From Nitrospira sp. (GTDB taxonomy: Bacteria; Nitrospirota; Nitrospiria; SBBL01; JAADHI01): a stretch of DNA of 64,000 bases. The stretch spans positions 466 to 64,465 of the forward strand of contig JALUVJ010000014.1 of NCBI GenBank assembly GCA_027020665.1. The letters are read 5' to 3'. How positions within the stretch are numbered: position 1 is the stretch's first letter; each line of letters starts with the position of its first letter. The notes under the pieces were generated by a model. That model searched no databases. It was not told the DNA's origin and saw nothing but the letters and a program-made list of their open reading frames with translations. Positions 23,609-31,922 of this stretch are shown in pieces. Both the position numbers and the translations under genes were made by a program.

Positions 23609-24412
23609 ATGACCCTAAGTGATTTAGTCCATCGGGAAATTATCCGGATTGCTGCGGATGCAAGCATTGCCGATGCGGCCCGCATGATGCGTGATCAAAA
23701 GATCGGCTCTGTTTTTGTGGAGGAAGCGGGCCAATATGTCGGGATTGTGACGGATAGTGACATCGTGCGAAAGGCTTTTACCAAAGACCTGTCTTTTGAG
23801 ACGCCGGTGAAGCGGGTCATGGCTTCGCCTCTGATCGAAATCGATATCGAAAAATCCGTCATGGATGCCAATCATCTCATGTATTTCAATGAAATCCGCC
23901 ATCTGGCGATTTCCGAAAAAGGCAAAGTGATCGGCATGCTTTCTGTCCGGGACATTGTCCGCTTTTTTCTCTCGACGGTGCAGGGACCGATGAATGCGAT
24001 GGGGGATGTCATTAAACCGCTCACCGTGCTGACGCATCGTAATATTGAGACGATCGATGCCTCCGCCACGGCACGGGAAGCCGCACTGAAAATGCAGGGC
24101 GGCAAGATCGGTTCACTCATGATTACCGACAATGGTAATTATACCGGTATCGTGACCGAGGCTGATCTTGTACGCAAGGTAATCGGCTACCGTCTGAATT
24201 CCGCTGAAATTCCTGTGGGCGTCATTATGAATACGCCGATTATTGATATTGACATTAATGCCTCCGTCCAGGTGGCAACGGAACGCATGGAATCCAAGCG
24301 CATCCGTCATTTGGGTGTGAGTGAGGACGGCAAAATCGTGGGCGTGCTTTCCGTCCGCGACTTGATCGGCATGATTGCCGTGCGGGATCTGCCCCGTTTT
24401 TTTTCAAAATAA
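23609..24412 (+). CDS. CBS-domain protein (two CBS pairs)
   Basis: Four repeats of the CBS pattern are present (e.g. GIVTDSDIVRK, GMLSVRDIVR, GIVTEADLVRK, GVLSVRDLIG). ATG 23609 is preferred over GTG 23603 because of the AAGAGG RBS. Confidence 0.75.
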   Translation: MTLSDLVHREIIRIAADASIADAARMMRDQKIGSVFVEEAGQYVGIVTDSDIVRKAFTKDLSFETPVKRVMASPLIEIDIEKSVMDANHLMYFNEIRHLAISEKGKVIGMLSVRDIVRFFLSTVQGPMNAMGDVIKPLTVLTHRNIETIDASATAREAALKMQGGKIGSLMITDNGNYTGIVTEADLVRKVIGYRLNSAEIPVGVIMNTPIIDIDINASVQVATERMESKRIRHLGVSEDGKIVGVLSVRDLIGMIAVRDLPRFFSK

Positions 24413-24491
24413 CGTCTCTCCAAAACGTGCAACATTTTTTTCCTTCTCTGTTTCTTAAGACCGCGTAGTTGTCAGTCTCCGGTTCACACGA

Positions 24492-25775
24492 ATGAGTCAT
24501 CACCCAAGCGAACATCGCAGCAATCCCGAATATTACACGCCGATTTACAATATGGCCCTCGCGCAATTTGAGCAAGCGGCCGACAAACTCAATCTCGACC
24601 CGAATTTGCGCAAACGTTTCACCGATCCGAAACGCGCCTTGATGGTGAATATCCCCATCCGTATGGATGATAAGCGGGTCGAAGTGTTTCACGGCTATCG
24701 CGTGCATCACGATACGACCTTAGGCCCTTCGAAGGGTGGAATTCGCTTTCATCCCGATGTTACGCTGGGCGAAGTTTCGGCGCTGGCGATGTGGATGACC
24801 TGGAAGTGCGCTCTCATGGGATTGCCTTTTGGTGGCGCAAAGGGGGGCGTGCGTTGTGACCCGCATGCGCTTTCGCGGAATGAATTGCAGCGATTGACCC
24901 GGAGGTTTACGGCGGAAATCATTCAATTCATCGGCCCGGAAATCGATGTGCCCGCGCCCGATATTGGCACCAATGAACAGGTCATGGCCTGGATGATGGA
25001 TACCTACAGTCAATTTAAGGGCTATTCGATTCAAGAGATTGTAACCGGAAAACCCGTGAACATCGGCGGGTCTTTGGGGCGGATTGAGGCGACCGGTCGG
25101 GGTGTTGTGTACTGTATTTTGGAGGCGATGCGGCATTTGAATATGCAGCCCGAAGGCAGAAGTATTGTTATTCAGGGTTTTGGAAATGTCGGTTATCATA
25201 CTGCGCACATCCTTCATAAAAAGGGTTGCCGCATCATAGCGGTCAGCGATATCAAGTCAGGCATTTGCAACGGCAAGGGCATTAATGTCCCGGCCTTGAG
25301 ACAACATGTCGAAAAACACAAATACATCGAAGGGTTTCCCGGAGGCGATGAAATCAGCAACGCCGATCTTTTGGAATTGTCTTGCGATGTCTTGGTGCCT
25401 GCCGCGCTTTCCGGGCAGATTACCCATGAAAATGCCGACCGTATTTCCTGTAAAATATTGGCCGAGGCGGCAAACGGCCCCACCACGCTTGACGCCGATA
25501 AAATCCTTCAAGACAAAGGACTCTTTGTCATCCCCGATGTGCTTGCCAATGCGGGCGGTGTGACCGTTTCATATTTTGAGTGGGTGCAGGGTCTACAGAA
25601 CTTTTTTTGGAAAGAAGAGGAAATCAACGAACGTCTGCACGACATTGTCACCGTGGCTTTCCAAAACGTCCTTCGTATTGCCTTGTCGGAAAAAGTGGAT
25701 ATGCGTCTGGCGGCCCTCATGCTTTCCGTGCGAAAAATTACAGAAGCCAAGCTTGCCCGCGGGCTGTTTCCTTAA
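24492..25775 (+). CDS. gdhA: Glutamate dehydrogenase (Glu/Leu/Phe/Val dehydrogenase family)
   Basis: 427 aa with KGGIRFHP, PFGGAKGG and the Rossmann motif IQGFGNVG. Confidence 0.9.
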   Translation: MSHHPSEHRSNPEYYTPIYNMALAQFEQAADKLNLDPNLRKRFTDPKRALMVNIPIRMDDKRVEVFHGYRVHHDTTLGPSKGGIRFHPDVTLGEVSALAMWMTWKCALMGLPFGGAKGGVRCDPHALSRNELQRLTRRFTAEIIQFIGPEIDVPAPDIGTNEQVMAWMMDTYSQFKGYSIQEIVTGKPVNIGGSLGRIEATGRGVVYCILEAMRHLNMQPEGRSIVIQGFGNVGYHTAHILHKKGCRIIAVSDIKSGICNGKGINVPALRQHVEKHKYIEGFPGGDEISNADLLELSCDVLVPAALSGQITHENADRISCKILAEAANGPTTLDADKILQDKGLFVIPDVLANAGGVTVSYFEWVQGLQNFFWKEEEINERLHDIVTVAFQNVLRIALSEKVDMRLAALMLSVRKITEAKLARGLFP

Positions 25776-25825
25776 AAACGGCGGCCTCTCCTTTCTGCAC
25801 ATAATAAATCCGCTGGACGCAATGT

Positions 25826-26755
25826 TTAATGATTGTGTTCATGCCCGTGTGATTCGCAGGCCCTTCCTGAGATGGAACAGACCTTTTCGCCTTGCTCGGT
25901 TTTGAGTCCGGTGATGTAGTTTCGCCAGGCTTCGAAGTGATCCACCAGAAATCGGTACGCGGCGGGATTTTTTGCAGGCAGTGCATTTCCGGCGCTTGCG
26001 GTTTCGATGAATTTAAATCGTGTTTTTAAAAAAGCGGCGATGTTTTTCTCAATTTCCGAAAGCGGCGGGAGTGTTTCTTGAGGTTCTTTTTCGTCTCGCG
26101 CATTGATCCATTTTAAAAAGGCTTCAAGCCGGGTCGTGTGGGAACTGTCAGCGCCCCGGTTTTTTTGATAGCGCTCTTCGATGATTTTCAGTGCGTTTGG
26201 GTCTCCGATGCAATCGGCCCGCGCAAGCAGCAGACTGCCGAGGCAAGGCGAAGGGGGGATTGTTGTTTCGGAAGATTGTTTGTTTTGTTCTAAATCGCTA
26301 AAACGAAAAGCCGCATCGGCTGCGATGGAAAGACAGCAATCGGCTGTTGTCATGTCTGCCGCCGCGATGAAGGTGGAAATCTCCGCCGGGGTGACAAAGG
26401 GGATGTGGCCGGGCAGAATAAGGGCCGGTTCGGAAAGCATGTTCAGACCGTCCGGCTGTATTGCTCTTTTTCGGCTTTGTGCATCCGCAAAAGATAAACT
26501 TTCACGCAGGGTCGCTTGTTCCTCAATAACGACGATCTTCTTTTGAAAGGGGATCTCAAAAATCACGCTTTCAATAGCGCGCATAATTTCTCTGGGGGGG
26601 CCGATGACAACCGTTTGATCGATCTGAGTCACGCGGTCTAAGGCCATGAGTACATAAATGAGCAGCGGACGCCCCGCAAGCGGCAGGAAGGCGTGATTCA
26701 TGCCGTTAATTTGTCGGTCCGGGGTTTGCGTGGCGGCAAGGAGAAAGGCATTCAT
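25826..26755 (-). CDS. Hypothetical protein with degenerate MobA-like nucleotidyltransferase fold; C-terminal His-rich tail
   Basis: 309 aa. The N-terminus FLLAAT...NHAFLPLAGRPLLIYVLMAL and LILPGHIPFVTPAEISTFI resemble the NTP_transf_3 layout. However, the GG/Arg-Lys loop and the Asp of the D-x-P motif appear substituted. The start overlaps the upstream gene stop (ATGA). Function is unknown. Confidence 0.45.
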   Translation of the reverse strand: MNAFLLAATQTPDRQINGMNHAFLPLAGRPLLIYVLMALDRVTQIDQTVVIGPPREIMRAIESVIFEIPFQKKIVVIEEQATLRESLSFADAQSRKRAIQPDGLNMLSEPALILPGHIPFVTPAEISTFIAAADMTTADCCLSIAADAAFRFSDLEQNKQSSETTIPPSPCLGSLLLARADCIGDPNALKIIEERYQKNRGADSSHTTRLEAFLKWINARDEKEPQETLPPLSEIEKNIAAFLKTRFKFIETASAGNALPAKNPAAYRFLVDHFEAWRNYITGLKTEQGEKVCSISGRACESHGHEHNH

Positions 26756-27879
26756 AAGGCGTGTGTCTTCAAAATGACGGTGCGGCGCGCATCGGTGAGT
26801 GTGTTGAGCGGGTTTTTAAATCCTTTGAATCGGATGATGTCGCGAATGAAGGGCACGTGCTTAAGGGCTTGGCCGTTTTTTTGTTTCCAGGCGGAGGAAC
26901 ATTGCGCGACTGCTTCTTTTAAGACCGTAATGAGCGGACCCTCCACCGTCCAGCCCTTACAGTCTTTAAAGGCGCATCGAAAATGCACGGTGCGTTCGAG
27001 ATCGGTTTTGCGGTAGAGAACGGCCTTGAGTTCATCTGCTGAAATCGTAGGCGGCATGTCGATGATAATGTCGAGTTTCATGCCTTCGGAATCGCTTTTT
27101 AAGATGAAAGGCGGACAGGACTCCGTTGCGTGTAGGGCCTTAATTTGGGTTAAGACGGTATTGAGCAGTACGCCGTGTGGCAGGGAGCGGACGGCAATAC
27201 GGGTGCGACCGCCGTCAATGACGGTGTCGATTTGACCGCGCAAGGTGAGGGGGCCTTCTCCTTTTTCGTAGAAGGCGTATATGGCATCAAAGCCGCCCAT
27301 AACGCCGCCGGGACCGAAATCGGGGCCGGGCATGATTTCCATGAGTTCCCGCAGGGAGAGTTGAGGATCCTGACGCAGGTGTTCCATGCCCATCCAAAGT
27401 TCTTCGAGATTGTGAGAAGGGATTTCAGTATCGTCCGAAAGCACGACCCCGTTCAAAAGTGAGACAGGCAACACGGGATTTTTGTGGAAGGGAAAAAGGA
27501 TGTTTGCATATTTGGAGCGCCGAACTTCGACCGATTCCGGTCCGAAGGGGTGTTCGTCGTGGAAATCGCCGATCATGCCTTTGAGATCAAGCAGGGGGTA
27601 GCGATTTCGCCACGGCAGGCCCATCTTTAGCAGCACACGATAGGCGTAACCGACGCTTTCGGGATCGTAATGCTCGATTGAAGCTACGCCGCAGTTCAGT
27701 TCCTCACATTCCTCTTCGAAGGTTTCATCATCCATGTTCCAATCTTCGGTTGCGATGACCGCGAGCACATCCTTTGCGTTGATAAAGACTCTTTCATTTT
27801 CAGCCAAGGCGCGGCAGACTTCGGTCAAACGCAATTGCAAAGGGTTGAGTCCGGTCAAAAAATCGGCTTGTTCCATCAT
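26752..27879 (-). CDS. GyrA/ParC N-terminal-domain homologue (winged-helix + tower only), catalytic Tyr absent
   Basis: 375 aa. IPSHNLEEL, MEIMPGPDFGPGGV, RTRIAVRSLPHGVLLNTVL and SDSEGMKLDIIID align by eye to the GyrA motifs NIPPHNL, IPGPDFPTGG, R-x-IIVTEIPYQVNK and RDESD-GMRIVIE. YDPES replaces YHPHGD, and E-S sits where the R-Y active-site pair aligns. There is no coiled-coil C-gate and no beta-pinwheel CTD. Confidence 0.6.
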   Translation of the reverse strand: MMEQADFLTGLNPLQLRLTEVCRALAENERVFINAKDVLAVIATEDWNMDDETFEEECEELNCGVASIEHYDPESVGYAYRVLLKMGLPWRNRYPLLDLKGMIGDFHDEHPFGPESVEVRRSKYANILFPFHKNPVLPVSLLNGVVLSDDTEIPSHNLEELWMGMEHLRQDPQLSLRELMEIMPGPDFGPGGVMGGFDAIYAFYEKGEGPLTLRGQIDTVIDGGRTRIAVRSLPHGVLLNTVLTQIKALHATESCPPFILKSDSEGMKLDIIIDMPPTISADELKAVLYRKTDLERTVHFRCAFKDCKGWTVEGPLITVLKEAVAQCSSAWKQKNGQALKHVPFIRDIIRFKGFKNPLNTLTDARRTVILKTHAL

Positions 27880-27959
27880 TTCTCCAAAAATTCACCTGTC
27901 TGAAAAATCCGGTTATTTTATAATGATGCGAATGCCCTTGTCACCTTCCAAATACCCCC

Positions 27960-27985
27960 CCCCAAATCAGTCGCTGATTTTGGGG
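27960..27985. repeat. Palindrome CCCCAAATCAG-TCG-CTGATTTTGGGG
   Basis: 11/12-bp inverted repeat read directly from the sequence. It is preceded by a C9 run (27955-27963). It lies in the divergent intergenic region between the gyrA-like gene and dus. A related palindrome is at 43270-43292. Confidence 0.5.
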
Positions 27986-28010
27986 CCTGCGGTTCGAGGT
28001 TGCTGTTTCA

Positions 28011-28091
28011 CCGTCTATTTACAAAATTTTCAACCTAGAAGCCGGGAATTTTTGCCTCGAAAAAACAATTCATGACTTAATGAGCGCTTCC
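28011..28091 (+). repeat. ~80-nt intergenic repeat, copy A (upstream of dus)
   Basis: CCGTCTATTTACAAAATTTT...GCCGGGAATTTTTGCCTCGAAAAAACAATTCATGACTTAATGAGCGCTTCC matches the reverse complement of 61219-61298. By eye there are about 8 mismatches and 1-2 single-nt gaps. Confidence 0.6.
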
Positions 28092-28143
28092 TTATATAAT
28101 GGCCTAAAATCAAATATTGTCTTATTTTTAAAGGGTTTTTCGC

Positions 28144-29337
28144 ATGACGGCGGTGAGTGAACATTTTTGGTCTCGACAGGCGAAACCGATTATCGGCCTC
28201 TCCCCGATGGACGGAGTGACCGATCCCTGTTTTCGGCGGATCATGGCGATGCACGGACGGCCCGATATGATTATGACGGAATTTTTGAGTGTTGAGGGCA
28301 TTTGCCACGGTGCGCGGAATGCGCTCATGGGTTTGGCCTATCATGCTGTCGAACGCCCTGTGATCGCACAGCTTTACGGGCCTGATCCGGAAACTTTTTT
28401 TCATGTTGCGCAACTGGTCTGTGAATTGGGTTATGACGGTTTGGACCTCAACATGGGTTGTCCCAGCAAGAAGGTGGCCGCTTTGGGAGCGGGTGCGGCC
28501 CTCATTCAAGATCCGCCACGCGCCAAAGCGATTGTGCGGGCCTGCCGGAGGGGCATTGCACACTGGACGAGCGGTGCGCCGCTATCGATTTGTGAAACTT
28601 ATCCCGTTGTGGGCGATTGGCTGGCGCAAGTCCGGAAGAATTTTCCTGAGATTGAGGTGCAGGAACGAAAGCCGATTCCCGTTTCGGTTAAAACACGCAT
28701 CGGTGTGGGTGAAGTTGTGATCGAAGATTGGATTGCGCACTTGCTTGAAGCGGCGCCTGCCGTAATTTCCATCCACGGTCGCACCCTGCGGCAAGGTTAT
28801 CGCGGGGAGGCCAATTGGGACATGATTGCAAAAGCCGTCGCATGTGCGGCAGGTTCCGGGACATTCATTTTGGGAAATGGGGATATTCAGTCGATGCGTG
28901 AAGTCATTTCACGGGTTCGGCAGACGGGAGTGGATGGTGTTTTGATCGGCCGGGCCGCCGTGGGCAATCCTTGGATTTTTCATAAAAAAGAGCTGGTGCG
29001 TGCGCTTTTAAACGCCCCGGATGAAATTTCGGAAACACAGTTTGCCCGAATTTCGGAGAAAAACATCAGCCCGCGCGAGCGTTTTTTTGTCGCTTTGCAA
29101 CATGCGCGTTTATATGAAGCCATGCACGGGGAACAATTTTTTAATGGCATGCGAAAACATCTGGGATTGTATTGCCGCGATTTTCCCGGCGCACGACTGT
29201 TGCGCTCAAAAATGGTACGCACAAATAACGTGGCTGAGGTAGAAATACTCATTAAAGAACATCTGCTCGAAAATCAGGATCAAAGCGAATCTCAAGGTAA
29301 AAATCCTTCCCGCACGGATATGCAAGTTGCGTCCTAA
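28144..29337 (+). CDS. dus: tRNA-dihydrouridine synthase family protein
   Basis: 397 aa with SPMDGVTD, DLNMGCPSKKV and ISIHGRT motifs of Dus TIM-barrel flavoenzymes. Confidence 0.8.
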   Translation: MTAVSEHFWSRQAKPIIGLSPMDGVTDPCFRRIMAMHGRPDMIMTEFLSVEGICHGARNALMGLAYHAVERPVIAQLYGPDPETFFHVAQLVCELGYDGLDLNMGCPSKKVAALGAGAALIQDPPRAKAIVRACRRGIAHWTSGAPLSICETYPVVGDWLAQVRKNFPEIEVQERKPIPVSVKTRIGVGEVVIEDWIAHLLEAAPAVISIHGRTLRQGYRGEANWDMIAKAVACAAGSGTFILGNGDIQSMREVISRVRQTGVDGVLIGRAAVGNPWIFHKKELVRALLNAPDEISETQFARISEKNISPRERFFVALQHARLYEAMHGEQFFNGMRKHLGLYCRDFPGARLLRSKMVRTNNVAEVEILIKEHLLENQDQSESQGKNPSRTDMQVAS

Positions 29338-29962
29338 GCTGATTCTGGCATCGACTTCACCGCGCCGACGTGAAATCTTTGCGCGTCTTGGGCTGCCCTT
29401 TGAGTCCATTGCGCCGACATTTGAAGAGCTTTCGGATGATGTCCGAGATGTCAAAGAAGAGACCCTGTTTTTTGCGGAAAGCAAGGCACGTTCGGTAATG
29501 CATGGTTTAAAAAATCACATTGTAATCGGCAGCGATACCCTCATTGCGTATCAAGGTCAAAAGATCGGAAAACCGGAAAATGCCGAAGCGGCAAAGACCA
29601 TATTAAAAATGTTGCAAGGGCGGTCTCATGAGATTTACACGGCGGTTTTTGTGATGGATGTTTCTGGTCATACACAGGCATCTTCACTTGAAAAAGTAAA
29701 GGTCCGCATGCATGAAATGAGTGAAGCCGAAATTGAAGACTATGTGGCCACAAAAGAGCCCTTGGACAAAGCCGGGGCTTATGCCGTTCAGGGTATCGGC
29801 AGTCGTTTTATCCGTGAATTAAAGGGCGACCGGCTTGCGGCCATTGGTTTGCCATTGGGGGTTTTGGCCCGCTTTTTGTCCGAGCGCGGTTTTACCCTGC
29901 CTGAAAATCTGCTTAAAATTGAAAGGATTCGCATTGACGGATTTAAGCCTGAGACAGACTGA
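29327..29962 (+). CDS. maf: Maf-like nucleoside triphosphate pyrophosphatase
   Basis: 211 aa with LILASTSPRRREI, IGSDT and AGAYAVQG motifs. The TTG start overlaps the dus end by 11 nt. Confidence 0.85.
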   Translation: MRPKLILASTSPRRREIFARLGLPFESIAPTFEELSDDVRDVKEETLFFAESKARSVMHGLKNHIVIGSDTLIAYQGQKIGKPENAEAAKTILKMLQGRSHEIYTAVFVMDVSGHTQASSLEKVKVRMHEMSEAEIEDYVATKEPLDKAGAYAVQGIGSRFIRELKGDRLAAIGLPLGVLARFLSERGFTLPENLLKIERIRIDGFKPETD

Positions 29963-30587
29963 AATAAAGGCCTTGATTACGGCGGCTTCCCGTCATCAGT
30001 CGGCGGGCATCTTTAATCCCTGGTCTCAGCTTTCCGAAATGGATTTGAACCCCGATGGGTATTTGCTGAGGCAAGAACGGCTTTATCAACATTGGTCGGC
30101 AGAAAATCCTCAGTTGGTTTTAATCGGGGAGGCGGCGGGTTATCAGGGTTGCCGTTTCAGCGGCATTCCTTTTACTTCCGAGCGTCTTATTTTAGAAGGA
30201 AAGATTCCAAGGATTTCAGGACATTTGGCCGAACGCATTTCATCACGGAAACGGCCTTGGAGCGAACCTTCGGCGACGATTGTTTGGAAAACACTGGATG
30301 AATTAGGCATCGCGAAATCCGCAGTGTTTTTTAATGCCGTGCCCTGGCATCCCGAAGGGGAGAGGGGGCCTTTGTCGAATCGCACACCCAAGACCCCTGA
30401 GAAAAAAGAAGGCGAACCCTATTTGAAGTGTTTTCTGGCCGTGTTCCCCAACGTCCCCGTGGCGGCGCTCGGCAATATTGCGAGTGCGGCTTTATCTGCC
30501 TTAGGTATCGCCCATCGGCAAGTGAGGCATCCGGCTTATGGCGGTGCGATGAAGTTTCGCGAAGGTTTGCGCACATTGCTCCGTTAA
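29934..30587 (+). CDS. Uracil-DNA glycosylase superfamily protein
   Basis: Has the LIGEAAGYQGCRFSGIPFTSE (motif A-like) and VRHPAYGG (motif B-like) patterns. I prefer TTG 29934 (GAAAGGA RBS) over the ORF-track start at 29835. It overlaps the maf end. Confidence 0.55.
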   Translation: MTDLSLRQTEIKALITAASRHQSAGIFNPWSQLSEMDLNPDGYLLRQERLYQHWSAENPQLVLIGEAAGYQGCRFSGIPFTSERLILEGKIPRISGHLAERISSRKRPWSEPSATIVWKTLDELGIAKSAVFFNAVPWHPEGERGPLSNRTPKTPEKKEGEPYLKCFLAVFPNVPVAALGNIASAALSALGIAHRQVRHPAYGGAMKFREGLRTLLR

Positions 30588-30609
30588 TGAAGAAAGGATT
30601 AATGAGGCC

Positions 30610-31854
30610 GTGAAGTTTGAACGATACCCCATATCCGAAGCCATTCGAAAAAACCTGGATCGGCTTGGTTTTGTTCGCACGACGGACATCCAATACAAGG
30701 CCATCCCGCCGATTTTACGGGGAGAGGATGTGTTTGCCACGGCACAAACGGGTACGGGTAAAACGGCGGCTTTTGCCATTCCCGTCATCCAAAAGATTCT
30801 CACCGGAAAAAGCAAAAATCATGACAGAAACGGACTGAAGTGTATTGTCCTGGTTCCGACGCACGAACTGGCCTTGCAGATTTGTGAGGTTTTTACCTGT
30901 CTTGCAAAGCAGACCAAGGTGAAGGCCACGGCGATTTACGGCGGGGTTGAACAAGATCCCCAAATTAAAAAACTACAGGCCGGCATTGATGTACTCATTG
31001 CAACACCGGGCCGCATGTTTGATCTCATTCATCAGGGTTATCTTAATTTAGATCAAATCAATACTTTTGTTTTGGATGAAGCGGATCTCATGCTGGATCT
31101 GGGTTTTATCGAAGACATCAAATCGATCAAGAAGAAGCTTACGCGTCCCCATCAAACCTTGTTTTTTTCGGCAACCATTAATAAGGCCATTAAAAATTTG
31201 GCATATTCACAGGTTGGGAATTCGGCGATTCGTATTCGGATTTCTCCTGAAGACATCGTTTCAAGAAATGTGACGCACTATGTGCTTTTTGTGGAAATGA
31301 AGGATAAACGGTTTTTTTTACAGCGTTTTATTACAGATCACCCTAAGCGCAAAATGATTGTGTTTGTCCGAACGCGTGTGCGTGCGGAAAGAGTCATGAA
31401 AGCGATGGCGCGGGTTGATCTTGAGTGTCTTGCGATTCACGGGGAGAAAACCCAGGAAGAACGCGCAGAGGTCATGAAGCAATTTAAAGCAGGGGCATGC
31501 AATATCTTGATTGCGACGGACATTACGGCCCGGGGGGTTGATATCCCGAATATAAATTATATCGTCAATTATGATTTGCCCGAGAAAGCCGAAAACTATG
31601 TGCATCGTGTAGGAAGGACGGGCCGGGGGATGAAAAAAGGGGAGTCCGTTTCATTTTGCAGCAAGGAGGAAAAACCGCGGCTTGAGGAGATTCAGGCATT
31701 TTTAGAAAAACCGATAGAGGTGATCCCGCTCGGAAAAAAAGGTTATGCCTTCACCCTCGAACACCCTAAGGCCGAAAGCACTTTGCAGGAAGTTGTCTCG
31801 GAAATACGGGATTGGGAAGCACACAAAAAGAAGAAAAGAAAGAGAAAGTCTTAA
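30610..31854 (+). CDS. DEAD-box ATP-dependent RNA helicase (RhlE-like) with Lys-rich tail
   Basis: 414 aa with AQTGTGKT, PTHELA, VLDEAD, SAT and HRVGRTGR motifs. Confidence 0.9.
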   Translation: MKFERYPISEAIRKNLDRLGFVRTTDIQYKAIPPILRGEDVFATAQTGTGKTAAFAIPVIQKILTGKSKNHDRNGLKCIVLVPTHELALQICEVFTCLAKQTKVKATAIYGGVEQDPQIKKLQAGIDVLIATPGRMFDLIHQGYLNLDQINTFVLDEADLMLDLGFIEDIKSIKKKLTRPHQTLFFSATINKAIKNLAYSQVGNSAIRIRISPEDIVSRNVTHYVLFVEMKDKRFFLQRFITDHPKRKMIVFVRTRVRAERVMKAMARVDLECLAIHGEKTQEERAEVMKQFKAGACNILIATDITARGVDIPNINYIVNYDLPEKAENYVHRVGRTGRGMKKGESVSFCSKEEKPRLEEIQAFLEKPIEVIPLGKKGYAFTLEHPKAESTLQEVVSEIRDWEAHKKKKRKRKS

Positions 31855-31922
31855 AGGGGTTCTATCCCGATAAAAGAGCGGATTATCTACCCGTTCCTTC
31901 GCATAGCTTCCGGGAGGTTTTT

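Noticed and set aside
27955-27963. C9 homopolymer as a phase-variation switch.
   Set aside because: It lies in an intergenic region adjacent to a palindrome, with no reading frame affected. A single sequence gives no evidence of length variation. I note it only as part of the palindrome finding.
31812-31922. Longer form of the membrane protein ORF overlapping the helicase 3' end.
   Set aside because: The extension is hydrophilic read-through of the helicase Lys-rich tail region. ATG 31923 has a GGGAGG RBS and starts directly at the Lys-rich/hydrophobic signal-anchor.
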